A stretch of 64,000 bases of DNA, taken from IMG/VR virus record IMGVR_UViG_3300043748_000039, positions 7,899-71,898 of that record; one strand, given 5' to 3'. The notes beneath the pieces were generated by a model. That model had not been told where the DNA came from and did no database searches. It was given only the letters and a program-made list of their open reading frames with translations. Of the stretch, positions 62,646 through 64,000 are shown in pieces (the stretch's first letter is position 1; every line of letters starts with the position of its first letter). The position numbers and the translations under genes are program-made. The DNA comes from a virus. Lineage: Duplodnaviria > Caudoviricetes.

Positions 62646-63103
62646 TCTCCCTGCTCTACACGAAGTGGGACGTCGGCCTGGAGAGTTGGGCCGACTCCTA
62701 CGGGTGCGACCTGGACCGGGCCCCGCTGGAGCTGGGCTACTACCTTTCCGCCGCGTCCGACGATCTGCCCGGCTGGGAGGACGCCGAAGCGTGGGCCTAC
62801 CTGCTGCACACCGGCCCGGCCCGCGTGAAGGACGGCCGCATCATCCTGCACCTGCACTTCCGGCTCGACGTCGACCCGCTCAAGTGGCAGGACATGCGCG
62901 AGGACTGGGACCGAGGCATCCCCGTCGTGCACGGTGTGCGCCGGGACGTCCTGCGGTACTTCGCCTGGCAGATGTACACCAGCGGAGCCATCACCGAAAC
63001 CGACGCCGTCATGACCGTGAAGCGCGCCCGCGAGGGGCGCCGGTCCTGGCAGCACCATGTACCCGAGCAGGTCCTGGTGTACCGGCGCAACGGTCGAAAG
63101 TAG
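62642..63103 (+). CDS. hypothetical protein
   Basis: 153 aa, GTG overlaps upstream TGA. Confidence 0.65.
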   Translation: MISLLYTKWDVGLESWADSYGCDLDRAPLELGYYLSAASDDLPGWEDAEAWAYLLHTGPARVKDGRIILHLHFRLDVDPLKWQDMREDWDRGIPVVHGVRRDVLRYFAWQMYTSGAITETDAVMTVKRAREGRRSWQHHVPEQVLVYRRNGRK

Positions 63104-63117
63104 AGTGCCGAAAGCGC

Positions 63118-63146
63118 TTGACAATAGGTTTTCGAACCCGTAAGTT
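63118..63146 (+). promoter_or_regulatory. sigma70/HrdB-like promoter
   Basis: TTGACA-N17-TAAGTT upstream of RBS AGGAGGAG and ATG 63186. Confidence 0.75.
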
Positions 63147-63185
63147 TTACCTCACCAACCGCCCCCGCAACAGGAGGAGCCCGCA

Positions 63186-64000
63186 ATGGCGGACCGCATG
63201 CTCGACAGGCTGGCCAAGATCCTCGCCCAGGCCGAGAACGCCTCCACCCCCGAGGAAGCCGCGACCTACATGAAGAAGGCGCAGGCCCTGGCCACCCTCG
63301 GCAGCATCGACCTCGCCGTGGCCCGGCAGCACACCGCGAAGAAGGAGCAGCGCGAGCAGCCGACCCACAAGCACATCACCATCGGGCAGCCGCGCAAGAA
63401 CAACAACGCCCGCCTGGTCAACCTCTTCCTGGTCATCGCCGACAGCAACGACGTGAAGTGCAACATCGCGATGAACTCCACCTTCGTCATCGCCTTCGGC
63501 ATGCCGTCGGACATCGAGGTCGTCGAGGTCCTGTACGCCTCCCTGCTCTTCCAGATGACCGAGGCCGCCAACGCGTGGCTGAAGACCGGCGAGTACAAGC
63601 AGGAGAAGGTCCTGCGCCAGGTGACCAAGCGCGACGCCTGGGGCACCTACAAGGACCTCGTCGAGCGTCCGATGGACGGCCGCACCGCCCGCGCCAACTT
63701 CTACGACGCGTTCACCCAGCGCATCTCCCGGCGCCTGTGGGAGGCCCGCCAGGAGGCCCTGGAGGAGGCCAAGGCGAAGACCTACACCCTCCCCGCCACG
63801 GGCGAGAACGGCGTCGAGTACGAGATCGAGGTGTCCGCCGAACTGGTCCTCTTCGACAAGAAGAAGGAGGTCGGCGCGTACTACGAGAAGGCGTCCACCG
63901 CCAAGGGCTCCTGGAAGGGCGCCAGCAGCACCTCGAACATCAGCAGCAGCGCACGTACGGCCGGGGACAACGCCGGACGCTCCGCACGCCTGGGCAGCGC
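63186..64000 (+). CDS. DUF2786-domain protein (Rv0184-like), truncated at window end
   Basis: Open frame MADRMLDRLAKILAQAENASTPEEAATYMKKAQALATLGSIDLA...; absent from track because it has no stop in the window. Confidence 0.8.
   Translation, partial: MADRMLDRLAKILAQAENASTPEEAATYMKKAQALATLGSIDLAVARQHTAKKEQREQPTHKHITIGQPRKNNNARLVNLFLVIADSNDVKCNIAMNSTFVIAFGMPSDIEVVEVLYASLLFQMTEAANAWLKTGEYKQEKVLRQVTKRDAWGTYKDLVERPMDGRTARANFYDAFTQRISRRLWEARQEALEEAKAKTYTLPATGENGVEYEIEVSAELVLFDKKKEVGAYYEKASTAKGSWKGASSTSNISSSARTAGDNAGRSARLGS

Noticed and set aside
452-63646. Many long minus-strand ORFs (e.g. 12676-15630, 39279-41564, 25673-27664) and alternative-frame plus-strand ORFs
   Set aside because: Shadow ORFs typical of high-GC3 DNA; they overlap well-supported + strand genes and lack family motifs. 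Their recurring 'GIK' is the antisense reading of CTTAATACC.
1-64000. tRNA, rRNA, integrase, terminase or IS elements
   Set aside because: None recognised by eye in this window; they may lie elsewhere in the genome, and tRNAscan-SE was not run.

Overview
A 64-kb segment of a large, GC-rich (visually ~65-70% GC) actinobacterial myovirus, probably infecting Streptomyces (host inferred from codon usage and a WhiB gene). All credible genes are on the + strand. 0.1-27.9 kb is virion morphogenesis: portal, scaffold, capsid, neck, tailspike-like beta-helix, sheath, tube, chaperone, tape measure, baseplate, fibres, holin. 28-50.2 kb is replication, recombination and nucleotide metabolism: HTH initiator, DnaC-like loader, DnaB, primase, SF2 helicase, SSB, Pol A, class II RNR, RecA, resolvase, WhiB, Cas4-like exonuclease, ThyX, dNMP kinase, Endo VII. 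50.3-61.4 kb holds many unknown genes plus SpoVS, a GH25 endolysin, a Pol-beta-type nucleotidyltransferase, ParB-like, HAD-like and a TGT/DpdA-fold protein. 61.5-64 kb holds early-type genes behind sigma70-like promoters. The strongest unexplained signal is the AT-rich motif CTTAATACC. I counted 30 exact copies plus 4 CTTAATAT variants by eye, all on the + strand, and found none on the - strand. Every copy reads in frame as CTT-AAT (Leu-Asn); three copies between the main genes lie in 13-24 codon minigenes whose stop overlaps the next start. A second, separate motif (TTACGNCTT / AAGNCGTAA) forms 14-bp-period arrays at non-structural promoters. All counts and family assignments were made by eye, without searches.
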